A stretch of 64,000 bases of DNA, from positions 2,723 to 66,722 of the IMG/VR virus record IMGVR_UViG_3300010050_000018, one strand, 5' to 3'. This DNA comes from a virus. Taxonomy: Duplodnaviria; Caudoviricetes. This document shows, in pieces, positions 32,920 to 42,040 of this stretch. A program made the position numbers and the translations under genes. Below the pieces are notes generated by a model. It was not told where the DNA came from. It ran no database searches and was given only the letters and a program-made list of their open reading frames with translations. The first letter of the stretch is position 1. Each line of letters opens with the position of its first letter.

Positions 32920-33147
32920 ATGCGTACAGGCAAGTCCCAGATGACCGCAGCGATGTGCGAATATGCATTGCATACCGGCCAGCACCTGCTCGTTGCGACA
33001 TCTGACCAGGCCGCCACCATCCGCATGCTCAGTCGCCTGCTGCCCAAGGGCACGCTCTTCGAAGTCATCGGTGACAGCTACGTCCGACCCCATCGGCGCG
33101 CCGCCCTGGCGCAGACCATGCCGACCGGGGGGGCATCAAATCTCTAG
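32920..33147 (+). CDS. Small hypothetical protein
   Basis: 75-aa ORF beginning MRTGKS. Confidence 0.55.
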   Translation: MRTGKSQMTAAMCEYALHTGQHLLVATSDQAATIRMLSRLLPKGTLFEVIGDSYVRPHRRAALAQTMPTGGASNL

Positions 33148-33205
33148 GGCCTCCGGGGGCCCCTGACCGCCATGGGCTCAAGTTCACAAAATTTTTTCGC
33201 GCCGC
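33121..33205 (+). other. Probable cos (packaging initiation) region
   Basis: G-run, GACCGC core and AAAATTTTTT tract between HNH and terS, as is typical of HK97-like cos phages; cut site not determined. Confidence 0.5.
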
Positions 33206-33256
33206 CGAATTTTCGGGCGTTTCGCGCTGAAGGACCAAAGAAATCGCTCTGAAATC

Positions 33257-33709
33257 ATGACGAAACAAGCGCGTGGCCGCGGTCGCCCGGCATTTCAGCC
33301 GACACCCGCGATGAAGCGGACCGTCGAACAAATGGTCTCGTGCGGAGACAGTAAGGACACGATTGCACGTGCAATCGGGTGTTCGGTCCCGACGCTCGAT
33401 TTGCATTTCGAGGAAGAGCTCAAGAACGGTTACGCGAAAAAGCGTCGGGAAGTGCTGAGCTGGATGTATGCCGGCGCGAAGAAGGGGAACGCGACCCTGA
33501 TCAAACGGCTCGAGGAAATGACGCGCCTGCAGGGTGCCGCGGCCGATTTCGACGGAAACAAGGACAAACCGTCAGAAGCACCGGCACCCCGTCCTTGGTC
33601 GGCGAGGCGCGGCAAGAAGGAGCAGCAGCGCGAAGAGGCATTCACGGCCGGCACGAATTCGGAGTGGGGTGAGGACCTCGCACCGCTCCCAGGCACGAAA
33701 CCGAACTGA
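33257..33709 (+). CDS. terS: Terminase small subunit
   Basis: GRPAFQPT...IARAIGCSVPTLDLHFEEEL HTH; immediately before terL. Confidence 0.85.
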   Translation: MTKQARGRGRPAFQPTPAMKRTVEQMVSCGDSKDTIARAIGCSVPTLDLHFEEELKNGYAKKRREVLSWMYAGAKKGNATLIKRLEEMTRLQGAAADFDGNKDKPSEAPAPRPWSARRGKKEQQREEAFTAGTNSEWGEDLAPLPGTKPN

Positions 33710-35451
33710 TGGAATGGTCGACGGCGCGCCTCGACTGGGAGGTGCGCATTGCCGAGGGGAAATCGATCATCCCCGACGGCTTGCCGATCGATGATGAGCG
33801 GGCCCAAAAAGCCCTTCGGATATTCAAGCGTCTCCGGGTAACCGACATTCCGGGCCAGCCAACCCTTGGCGACATCTGTCCCGATTGGATCTTCGACCTG
33901 GTCCGTGTCGTCTTCGGTGCGTTTGACAGCACGGCAAAGCGCCAGCTGATCCGCGAATTTCTCGTCCTCATCGCAAAGAAGAACGCGAAATCGACGATCG
34001 CCGCCGGCATCATGATCACGGCGCTGATCATGAACGAGCGCGCCATGGGCGAATACCTCATCCTCGCCCCGACGAAAGACGTCGCCGACAACAGTTTTCT
34101 CCCTGCCTATGGGATGATTAAGGCTGATCCAGCGCTGCTGCAGCGTTTCAAACCGAGCGACACCACGCGAGAAATCACGAACCGTCTCGATGGCACAGTG
34201 CTGGCGGTGAAGTCCGCCGACGCCGACGTGGTCGGCGGCCAGAAGGCAATCAGCATATTCGTGGACGAGCTCTGGCTCTTCGGCAAGAAGGCTTCATCGG
34301 CCAACATCCTGTCGGAAGCAACAGGATCTCACGCATCGCGCCCCGAAGGGTTCGCGATCTATGCGACGACGCACAGCGACGAGCCGCCCGCCGGAGTTTT
34401 CCGGCAAAAGCTCATCTATCATCGCAGTGTTCGGGACGGCATTATTCACGACCCGACCTCACTTCCGCTTCTCTACGAATATCCGGACGCGCTGAAGAAG
34501 CGGAAGGCATGGCTCGACCCCGCGACATGGCACATCCCCAATCCGAGTCTCGGCCGATCCGTCGATGTGACCTGGTTGCGGACAGAGTTGCGCAAGAAGG
34601 AACTGGAGGGCGCCGATTCCTTAAGCCTGTTCGTTGCCAAGCACTTCAATGTCGAAGCCGGTATCGGATTGAAATCCGACAGTTGGGCCGGCGCGGGGTT
34701 CTGGCCGGCTGCAGTCAACACGCGGCTTACACTCCAGGAAGTCATCCGCCGGTCGGAAGTCATCGTTGTTGGCATCGACGGTGGCGGTCTCGACGACCTG
34801 CTTGGTCTCGCGGTGATGGGGCGCTGCAAGGTCACCGGGAAGAACCTGCTGTGGTCGCATGCATGGGCCCACGAGATCGTCAAAACGCGCCGGACCGATA
34901 TTGCGACACAGCTCGATGATTTCGCGGCACTGAAACAATTGACCTTCGTCAAGCTGCCGGGCGAGGACGTGTACCAGCTCGCCGAGCATGTATTCGAGGT
35001 CGAGGCAAGCGGGTTGCTCGCGGCCGAAAATGCCATCGGCGTCGATTCCCATGGCGTGAAAGCGATTACCCGCGCTCTTACCAAAGAAGAAGGCGGCATC
35101 GCGCCAGAACGCATCGTCGGCATCCAGCAGGGCTGGAAGCTGAACGGTGCCATCAAGGATGCCGAACGTGACCTCGCCGGTGGCCAGCTCGTCCATGCAG
35201 GTCTCGAACTCATGAATTGGGCCGTTGGCAACGCGAAGGTGGTGCCTCGCGGCAACGCGGTCTCGATCGACAAGCAGGTCTCCGGGTCGGCGAAGATCGA
35301 CCCTCTCATGGCTGCTCTGCATGCTCAGGTCCTCATGGGCTTGAACCCGGTACCTGCCGGCGTCTCGGGTTGGGACACCGATGACCTCGATGCGCTCGAG
35401 GAAAAAATCGCGGCTGCGGTCCTTGAGGCCGAGGCCCGCCACGTCGCCTGA
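33709..35451 (+). CDS. terL: Terminase large subunit (HK97-like)
   Basis: IAKKNAKST Walker A, FVDELW Walker B, GIDGGGLDDL nuclease, KIDPLMA. Confidence 0.95.
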   Translation: MEWSTARLDWEVRIAEGKSIIPDGLPIDDERAQKALRIFKRLRVTDIPGQPTLGDICPDWIFDLVRVVFGAFDSTAKRQLIREFLVLIAKKNAKSTIAAGIMITALIMNERAMGEYLILAPTKDVADNSFLPAYGMIKADPALLQRFKPSDTTREITNRLDGTVLAVKSADADVVGGQKAISIFVDELWLFGKKASSANILSEATGSHASRPEGFAIYATTHSDEPPAGVFRQKLIYHRSVRDGIIHDPTSLPLLYEYPDALKKRKAWLDPATWHIPNPSLGRSVDVTWLRTELRKKELEGADSLSLFVAKHFNVEAGIGLKSDSWAGAGFWPAAVNTRLTLQEVIRRSEVIVVGIDGGGLDDLLGLAVMGRCKVTGKNLLWSHAWAHEIVKTRRTDIATQLDDFAALKQLTFVKLPGEDVYQLAEHVFEVEASGLLAAENAIGVDSHGVKAITRALTKEEGGIAPERIVGIQQGWKLNGAIKDAERDLAGGQLVHAGLELMNWAVGNAKVVPRGNAVSIDKQVSGSAKIDPLMAALHAQVLMGLNPVPAGVSGWDTDDLDALEEKIAAAVLEAEARHVA

Positions 35452-35469
35452 CCACACTGGAGCAACTTG

Positions 35470-35682
35470 ATGCGCTATGTCACTGCCGCCGCGCGCGGTA
35501 TCCGCCGTGGTGCGACGTCAGTTGCGCGGGCGCTGCCGGTCCTGGCTCGCGATAGCATCGGGCTCGTTGGGGCGGCATCGATCGTATACGGGATCTCTCA
35601 GATCCATGTCGCCGCTGCCTACATCGTCGGCGGCTTGATGCTGATGACGGCGGCGGTTGCTCTGGCCAGGCGGTCGAACTGA
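35470..35682 (+). CDS. Small membrane protein preceding portal
   Basis: Two hydrophobic segments; usual position. Confidence 0.75.
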   Translation: MRYVTAAARGIRRGATSVARALPVLARDSIGLVGAASIVYGISQIHVAAAYIVGGLMLMTAAVALARRSN

Positions 35683-36965
35683 TGCGCGGCCTGTTCGGAA
35701 CACTCGCTCAGTCCGGGGTCAAGGAGGCCGGCTCGTCGCGGTACGGCCTCGTCGACGAGATGTGGGCCAACTTCTTCGGCGGTTACCGGACGTCGAAATC
35801 CGGGGTCTCCGTGAACTGGCGTTCCGCGCTGTCGGTGACAACCGTGCTGGCCTGCGCGCGGGTGCGCGCCGACGGCCACGCCACGGTGCCTTGGAAGCTC
35901 TACCAGAAACCGGAAGGCAGCAACGTCCCGATCGAAGCCCGGACGCATCCGCTCTACGACCTGATGGCGACGGCACCGAACGAGTGGATGACAAGCCTGG
36001 AGTTCAGGGAAACCCAGAGTTTCCATGTCGATCTCGTCGGGAGGTCATATGCCTTCCTGAACAAGCTCCCGAATGGACGCATCCTCGAAATGATCCTGCT
36101 GGATCCCTCCCGGGTTCAGGTCAAGCAGCATCCGGATTACTCGCGGACCTATACGCTCGAAGGCCTCGACGGCACCTCACAAACGGTTTCCAGCGACAGG
36201 ATCTGGCATGTCAAAGGCCCGTCCTGGGACACCGTGGAGGGGCTCGATATCGTCCGCCTCGCCGCCGAGGCGATCGGTTTGGCGCTCGCGGCCGAGGACA
36301 GCCACGCCTCGTTTCATCGCAACGGGGTGATGCCGAGCGGCATCCTTTCCGTCGAGGGCAACGTCAACGAACAGGGCCTAATCCGCCTCGCCGCGTGGGT
36401 CCGCCGGCATTTCGGTGGCGCCGACAATGTCGGCAAGCTGATGGCCGTCGACAAGAATGCGAAGTTCATCCCGGTTCGGATGAACGGCGTCGACTCCCAG
36501 CATCTCGAAACCCGGAAATTCCAGGTCGAGCGGATCTGCGAGGTCATGCGGACGATGCCGATCATGATCGGCTTCTCTGGCGACAAAAACGCGACCTTTG
36601 CGTCGGCATCCGAGATGTTTTTGGCCCATCTCGTCCATACCGTTCGCCCGATACATCGCCGGTTCGAGGCCTCCGCGGATCTCTTCCTTCTCACCAAGGA
36701 GGAGCGCGCCAAAGGCTACTACACCGGGTTTGTCGACCAGGAATTCCTGCGCGCCAACGCCAAGGATCGAGCCGAGTACAACAAATCCGCGCTGGGCGGC
36801 TCAAGCCCGGGCTGGCGAACCCCGAACCAGATCCGCGCCGATGACGAGGAGCCCCCGATTCCAGGCGGCGACTACCTCTACGTGCCGGCCAACATGGTGG
36901 CGATCGGCGCCGACGGAAAACCCATCTTTCTCACCGCGCCCAAAGCGCCTGTGGCTGGAGAGTGA
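35682..36965 (+). CDS. HK97-family portal protein
   Basis: HPLYDLM...PNEWMTSLEFRE; IWHVKG; FHRNGVMPSGIL; TPNQIRA. Confidence 0.95.
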   Translation: MRGLFGTLAQSGVKEAGSSRYGLVDEMWANFFGGYRTSKSGVSVNWRSALSVTTVLACARVRADGHATVPWKLYQKPEGSNVPIEARTHPLYDLMATAPNEWMTSLEFRETQSFHVDLVGRSYAFLNKLPNGRILEMILLDPSRVQVKQHPDYSRTYTLEGLDGTSQTVSSDRIWHVKGPSWDTVEGLDIVRLAAEAIGLALAAEDSHASFHRNGVMPSGILSVEGNVNEQGLIRLAAWVRRHFGGADNVGKLMAVDKNAKFIPVRMNGVDSQHLETRKFQVERICEVMRTMPIMIGFSGDKNATFASASEMFLAHLVHTVRPIHRRFEASADLFLLTKEERAKGYYTGFVDQEFLRANAKDRAEYNKSALGGSSPGWRTPNQIRADDEEPPIPGGDYLYVPANMVAIGADGKPIFLTAPKAPVAGE

Positions 36966-37669
36966 GCCAAATGGAACACTTCAACGTCAATTTCGACGAG
37001 CTCAAGTTCGCCTCGAACGGTGTCAAGGAAGGCACGTTCTCGGGCTATGCGTCGATTTTTGGCAACGTGGATTCCCACGGCGATATCGTCGAAAAGGGGG
37101 CTTTCGCGAAGAGCCTTCGCGACTGGGGCGACAAGGGCAAACTCCCCAAGATGATGCTTCAGCACGGCGGTTTCTTTGGACCCGTCGACGACATGCTTCC
37201 GATCGGCAAATGGACGTCGATGGAAGAGAACTCCAAGGGGCTCAAGGTCGAAGGCGAGCTGTTTGCCATCAACACCGACCGCGGCGCGCTGATCCACGAA
37301 GGCATGAAGAGCGGCGAACTCGATGGCCTCTCCATCGGCTACAGGCCGATCAAGTACCGGATGGGATCGAAACCCCAGGATCCGACACGGTGGCTCGAAG
37401 AGATCGACCTCCGTGAGGTAAGCATCGTGACGTGGGGTTCCAACGATAAAGCGCTGATCGGCCAGGTCAAAGCCGCCGATCTTCTCAATCCCCGTGAGCT
37501 CGAACGCGAGCTCAAATCCATTCTCTCCGCGACCGACGCCGTGAGGGCCGTCGCCATCGTGAAGAAGCACCTTCAGCGTGAGGCTGAGGGCCACCCATCC
37601 ACCAACGCTCGTGAGGAAGCGATGGCGATGGAACTGCTCGATTCACTGAAAAAGTATCGGGCAGCCTGA
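36962..37669 (+). CDS. HK97-family prohead protease
   Basis: FSGYASIFGNVDSHGD, MMLQH, PIGKW, GLSIGY, LREVSIV. Confidence 0.95.
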   Translation: MSQMEHFNVNFDELKFASNGVKEGTFSGYASIFGNVDSHGDIVEKGAFAKSLRDWGDKGKLPKMMLQHGGFFGPVDDMLPIGKWTSMEENSKGLKVEGELFAINTDRGALIHEGMKSGELDGLSIGYRPIKYRMGSKPQDPTRWLEEIDLREVSIVTWGSNDKALIGQVKAADLLNPRELERELKSILSATDAVRAVAIVKKHLQREAEGHPSTNAREEAMAMELLDSLKKYRAA

Positions 37670-37696
37670 CCTCAACCTTACAATTAGGAGGGCGAA

Positions 37697-39076
37697 ATGC
37701 CCGAACTCAAGGACGTGCTGGACGATGTCCAGCGCGAGGTAAAAAAGTTTGGCGACGATGTCGGCACGCTGAAGACCTCGATGGAAAAGGACCTCAAGGA
37801 GGTTCGCGAGCTCGCCGAAAAGGCCGGCAAGGCCGCCGGCGAAGGCACACAGCTCAAGAGCGATCTGGAAGCCTTGACCCGTGGCGTCGAGGAGAAGCAC
37901 GCCGCGATCGAGGCCAAGGTCAAAGAGATCATGGACAAGGCCGCCAAGGAAGCCGAGGCGGTCCTCGAAATCCAGAAGAAGATGGGGCGCCCCGGTTTCG
38001 GCGGCAGCGGCGATGTCGACACCGTGCTCAAGCACGCCACCGACTTCAAGCGTGTCGCGATGTCCCGTCGTGGCGAGCTCAAGTCGACAACCAACCTGAA
38101 ACCCGAAGACACCAACGTCGACGAGTACAAGGCCTATGTCGACGCATTCAAGATGTCGATCCGCCGCGAGATCAACACCCTCTCGCAGGACGAACAGAAG
38201 GCAATGATGGTCGGTTCCGACCCCGATGGCGGCTATCTGGTGCCGACGTCGGTGTCTTCCCGCATCATCACCAAGGTCTACGAGACCTCGCCGCTCGACG
38301 AGCTCGCCTATCATGAGTCCGTCTCGACCGACGCGCTCGAGATCGCGGTCGACACCGATGAGGCCGGGGCGGGCTGGGTCGGCGAAACCGAGACCCGTCC
38401 CGAAACCAGCACGCCTCAGGTCGGCGTCCAGCGTATTCCGGTCCACGAGATCTATGCGAAGCCGAAGGCGACGCAGCAGCTCCTCGAAGATGCCGGCATC
38501 GACGTCGAGGCCTGGCTTGCCGGCAAGGTCGCCGACAAGTTCGCCCGGATGCGCGCCCTGGCGTTCATTTCGGGCAACGGCATCAAGAAGCCGCGCGGCA
38601 TCCTGACCTACCCGGCGGGCTCCGCAGGTGCCCGCGGTACCATCATGCAGGTCCCCTCGGGCCATGCCACCCTGCTGACGGCCGATGGTCTCGTCACCAT
38701 GACGTTCTCCATCAAGGACCGGTATCTTGCCAATGCGAACTGGATGATGAAGCGGGGCACCGTCGGCGCCGTCATGCTGTTCAAGGACTCGCAGGGCCAG
38801 TACATCTGGCGGCCTGGCCTTGAGGCCGGCAAGCCTTCGATCCTCCTCGGCTACAACGTCCGCCGTGCCGACGACATGCCTTCGGTCGGCGCCGGCGCCT
38901 TGCCGGTGGCCTTCGGCGATTTCCGCGCCGGCTACACCGTCGTGGACCGCCTCGGTATCCGGACCCTCCGTGACCCGTACTCGTCGAAGCCGTTCGTCGA
39001 GTTCTACACGCGCCAGCGTGTCGGCGGCGATGTCGTCGACTTCGAGGCCTATGCCCTGCAGGTCGTCGGTACCTGA
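37697..39076 (+). CDS. Major capsid protein (HK97 fold with delta domain)
   Basis: N-terminal coil; GSDPDGGYLVP, WVGETETRPET, FGDFRAGY...R.GG. Confidence 0.95.
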   Translation: MPELKDVLDDVQREVKKFGDDVGTLKTSMEKDLKEVRELAEKAGKAAGEGTQLKSDLEALTRGVEEKHAAIEAKVKEIMDKAAKEAEAVLEIQKKMGRPGFGGSGDVDTVLKHATDFKRVAMSRRGELKSTTNLKPEDTNVDEYKAYVDAFKMSIRREINTLSQDEQKAMMVGSDPDGGYLVPTSVSSRIITKVYETSPLDELAYHESVSTDALEIAVDTDEAGAGWVGETETRPETSTPQVGVQRIPVHEIYAKPKATQQLLEDAGIDVEAWLAGKVADKFARMRALAFISGNGIKKPRGILTYPAGSAGARGTIMQVPSGHATLLTADGLVTMTFSIKDRYLANANWMMKRGTVGAVMLFKDSQGQYIWRPGLEAGKPSILLGYNVRRADDMPSVGAGALPVAFGDFRAGYTVVDRLGIRTLRDPYSSKPFVEFYTRQRVGGDVVDFEAYALQVVGT

Positions 39077-39129
39077 CTTCCCCGCAACCATCGGGGCGCG
39101 GTTCGCCGCGCCTCTCCCTTTCAATCGGT

Positions 39130-39150
39130 CCGGCGCCCCGCCGGCTTTTT
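39130..39150 (+). terminator. Weak intrinsic terminator-like hairpin after capsid gene
   Basis: CCGGCG-CCC-CGCCGG then CTTTTT; a UUCG hairpin lies just upstream. Confidence 0.45.
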
Positions 39151-39163
39151 CATGGAGGTCCCA

Positions 39164-39589
39164 ATGCGGGACATCATCTCCCATATCGACCCGAAGCGCG
39201 GCATCTCGCCGGCCGCTGCGGTTGCCGACAACACCGCCATCGTCTCCCAGATCAACAACCGTCTGGGCGCCGAATCCGTGGCCTTCGTCCTGCTGATGGG
39301 CGCCATCGCCGATGCCGACGTCACCTTCACGCTCCTGATGGAGCACGGCGACGCCGCCAATCTTTCCGACGCCGCCGCGGTGCCCGACGACATGCTGAAC
39401 GGCACCGAACTCCTGGCGACGCCGCTGTTTTCCAGCGACGATAAGGTCTTCAAGATCGGCTACACCGGCGGCAAACAGTACCAGCGCGTCACTCTGACGC
39501 CGGCCGCGAACACCGGTAACATTTTTGTCGCCGGCGTCTGGCTGAACAGCATGCTCAACCTCGGCCCCGCCGCGAACCCGCCGACGTAA
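39164..39589 (+). CDS. Head decoration/cement protein
   Basis: Directly after capsid; beta-rich; KIGYTGGKQYQRV. Confidence 0.65.
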   Translation: MRDIISHIDPKRGISPAAAVADNTAIVSQINNRLGAESVAFVLLMGAIADADVTFTLLMEHGDAANLSDAAAVPDDMLNGTELLATPLFSSDDKVFKIGYTGGKQYQRVTLTPAANTGNIFVAGVWLNSMLNLGPAANPPT

Positions 39590-39612
39590 CCCCCCGTCTT
39601 CTTTGTGCCCAC

Positions 39613-39642
39613 AGAGGCCGGCGTCCAGAGACGCCGGCCTCT
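39613..39642 (+). terminator. 13-bp perfect hairpin (terminator or mRNA stabiliser)
   Basis: AGAGGCCGGCGTC-CAGA-GACGCCGGCCTCT. Confidence 0.5.
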
Positions 39643-39670
39643 TCGCTTGATCTGAAAAGGACCCACGCCC

Positions 39671-40312
39671 ATGAAAACCGGCATAGTTCTCAAGGCATTC
39701 CCCTTCGCGTTCGACGGCATCAACACGACGCTGCTTGCTGCGGGAGTCACATTCCCCGTTGCCGGCCATGCCGTGCCGGACTCGATTTTTGACGGTCTCG
39801 AGGCAGCAGGTTTCGTCGAGGTCGACGACGCCGGCGCGGAGAGCTCCGATGCGTCATTGAACCGTCGCCTCATCGAGACCATCGACCGCCGGCTCCAGGA
39901 GGCATCAGACGAGGATCTCAAAGCCATTATCGCGCGCTCGGGTCGGGAATGGACCGGCAATCTGACGCATGCGCCAATGGTTGCTGCTGCCAAGGCACAG
40001 CTGGCCGCCGAAGCCGAGGGCGTCACCCCGATTTTCGCGAGAAGGGCCGAGGAAACGCCCGTGGCCGAACCCGAAGACAAACCCGAACCGGCCGCAGGCG
40101 AGACCACTTCGGAGAAGCCGGCCGCCGGCGAGAACAAGGCGACGAACCAGTTTGGCGATCCGATCCCGGGTGCCGCACCGAGCCCGTCGGATAATATCGA
40201 CGGCCTGAAAAAGGATGAGCTCGAGAAGCTCGCTGCCGAACGTGGCGTCGACATTTCGGCGGCGAAGACGAAGCCGGAAATTCTGGCGGCGCTGAAGGCA
40301 GCGCAGGCTTGA
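39671..40312 (+). CDS. Head-region protein with C-terminal HeH/LEM-like domain
   Basis: DGLKKDELEKLAAERGVDISAAKTKPEILAAL. Confidence 0.75.
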   Translation: MKTGIVLKAFPFAFDGINTTLLAAGVTFPVAGHAVPDSIFDGLEAAGFVEVDDAGAESSDASLNRRLIETIDRRLQEASDEDLKAIIARSGREWTGNLTHAPMVAAAKAQLAAEAEGVTPIFARRAEETPVAEPEDKPEPAAGETTSEKPAAGENKATNQFGDPIPGAAPSPSDNIDGLKKDELEKLAAERGVDISAAKTKPEILAALKAAQA

Positions 40313-40367
40313 TTTAGCGGGCCGGCGCGCGAATGCGCCGGCATCGGCCCAACGGAGGATGCTCGAC

Positions 40368-41018
40368 ATGATACGAACCCAGCTCGTCGTCGCCGTCGCC
40401 GCCGATAACCTGCAGATCCTCGGCATCGAGGAGCTGCGCGCCGCAGCCGGCATCACAGGGTCGGCCAGCGATACCGAGCTGAAGGCATTGGGGCTAGAGG
40501 TCGCGTCGGCGATCATGTCGGAATGCAACATAGCAGTCGGTCGAGGTGCGGCGCCCACGCTCTGGCAGGAGACGCTGACCGAAACGTTCTTCTGGGTGCT
40601 CAGCGACGAGCTGTTGCTGTCGCGCCGGCACGACATCGAGGTGGTTTCCGTGGTGGCCGGCGGCGTCACGCTCACAGACACCGAATATCTGGCTGATCCC
40701 GAATCCGGCATCATGCACAGGCTGTGCGGTGATCGCCCGATCGAATGGCGGGCAACCCGGATCGTCGTGACATACAAAGCTGGTTTCGAGGAGCTCCCCG
40801 GCGATCTCAAGATGGCCGCATCTGAGTTCTTCAAGCTCGCATGGCAGAACCAAAAGCGCGATCTCGCGCTTCGGAGCGAAGTCGTCGATGTACCCGACGT
40901 CCTCCGCACCGAAAAGAACTGGTGGATCGGCGCGGTGCCCGGCCAATCCTCCGACGGAGCCGTCCCGGCATCCATCGCCGGCCAGCTGCGTCGGTATCGC
41001 AATATCGCAATCGGCTGA
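40368..41018 (+). CDS. Head-tail connector (gp6-like adaptor)
   Basis: GGAGG RBS; IVVTYKAGFEELPGDLKMAA; LRRYR C-terminus. Confidence 0.8.
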   Translation: MIRTQLVVAVAADNLQILGIEELRAAAGITGSASDTELKALGLEVASAIMSECNIAVGRGAAPTLWQETLTETFFWVLSDELLLSRRHDIEVVSVVAGGVTLTDTEYLADPESGIMHRLCGDRPIEWRATRIVVTYKAGFEELPGDLKMAASEFFKLAWQNQKRDLALRSEVVDVPDVLRTEKNWWIGAVPGQSSDGAVPASIAGQLRRYRNIAIG

Positions 41019-41142
41019 GTTCGCCTAACCTCCTGGATGGTCACCAAGACATAGCCACTGCTATGCGTCCGGCGCGCTTCCAGACCATCGCTTCAGCCTC
41101 GCTAAGTGGCTGATATTATCACTCAATCTATAGGAGACGACA

Positions 41143-41571
41143 ATGAGCATGAGTAATGCACTGGAGAACGCGTTGCTCCTATTGATCTTCAATGCGACGG
41201 CCTGGGCGAACTATGCCGACAACGCGGCGTCGTCGCCGCAGACCAACGTCCATGTCTCCGCCCATACCGCGGATCCCGGCGAGGCCGGCGACATGACAAC
41301 CAGCGAATCCGCCTACACCTCCTATGCCCGCGTCAACGTGGCGAGGACCTCGGGCGGCTGGACAGTTACCGCCAACAGCGTGAGCCCGGCGGCCAATATC
41401 GATTATCCGGCCGGCACCGGTGGCTCCGGTACGATCACCCACTTCGCGACCGGCAAGACCGGCGGCGGCGCCACCCCGATCCTGTTTTCGGGCACGGTGA
41501 CCCCGAACATCGTCTCCGGTAACGGCGTGACGCCGCGCCTCACCACCGCGACAGCTATCACGCTGGACTGA
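41143..41571 (+). CDS. Virion structural protein of fibre module
   Basis: MSNALENALLLLIF...HTADPGEAG...SYARV beta-rich motif pattern. Confidence 0.7.
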   Translation: MSMSNALENALLLLIFNATAWANYADNAASSPQTNVHVSAHTADPGEAGDMTTSESAYTSYARVNVARTSGGWTVTANSVSPAANIDYPAGTGGSGTITHFATGKTGGGATPILFSGTVTPNIVSGNGVTPRLTTATAITLD

Positions 41572-41575
41572 GGCG

Positions 41576-42034
41576 ATGCACGGCGACGCTTTCCGGCGAT
41601 GCCTTGTCGAGCTCGACGTCGCCGGCGCCCGAGCTCTCTGGCGCGAGGTCTCCCCTCATCTCCGGCAGCCCGCCAATGATGCCGAGACCTTGTTCATGCT
41701 GCATCGGGCTCGCACCGAGGCCGCATCGATCGACCTCAAGCTGCGAGCATACTCGCACCGCTGGCTTGTCGACCAGGGCTTTCCATCCGGCTTGCCGGAC
41801 GAGTTGAAGCCAAAGGCGGAGCGGATGTACCCGCGCGTCGTCGATGCCGTCGGGGTCTGCGTCCGGCCGAGCTCGCCAGATCTTGCCCCTGTGGCCAATG
41901 AGATCGAACGGGTGATGTCCGACGCCGTCGCCGAGGCTTACGCCGATGGTCGCAAGGAGCCCGCTTTTGTCAGGGCTCGCATGTTCGAGGCACGAGCCAC
42001 AGCTAGGCGCAAGCTTCTCGGCATCGCGAAGTAG
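41576..42034 (+). CDS. Hypothetical protein in fibre module
   Basis: All-helical ORF between structural genes. Confidence 0.75.
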   Translation: MHGDAFRRCLVELDVAGARALWREVSPHLRQPANDAETLFMLHRARTEAASIDLKLRAYSHRWLVDQGFPSGLPDELKPKAERMYPRVVDAVGVCVRPSSPDLAPVANEIERVMSDAVAEAYADGRKEPAFVRARMFEARATARRKLLGIAK

Positions 42035-42040
42035 CCAGAA

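Noticed and set aside
37643-39769. 708-aa minus-strand ORF and many similar long antisense ORFs (e.g. 14473-15612 +, 39905-41047 -)
   Set aside because: Shadow frames of high-GC coding genes; no motifs or RBS, and they fully overlap well-supported genes.
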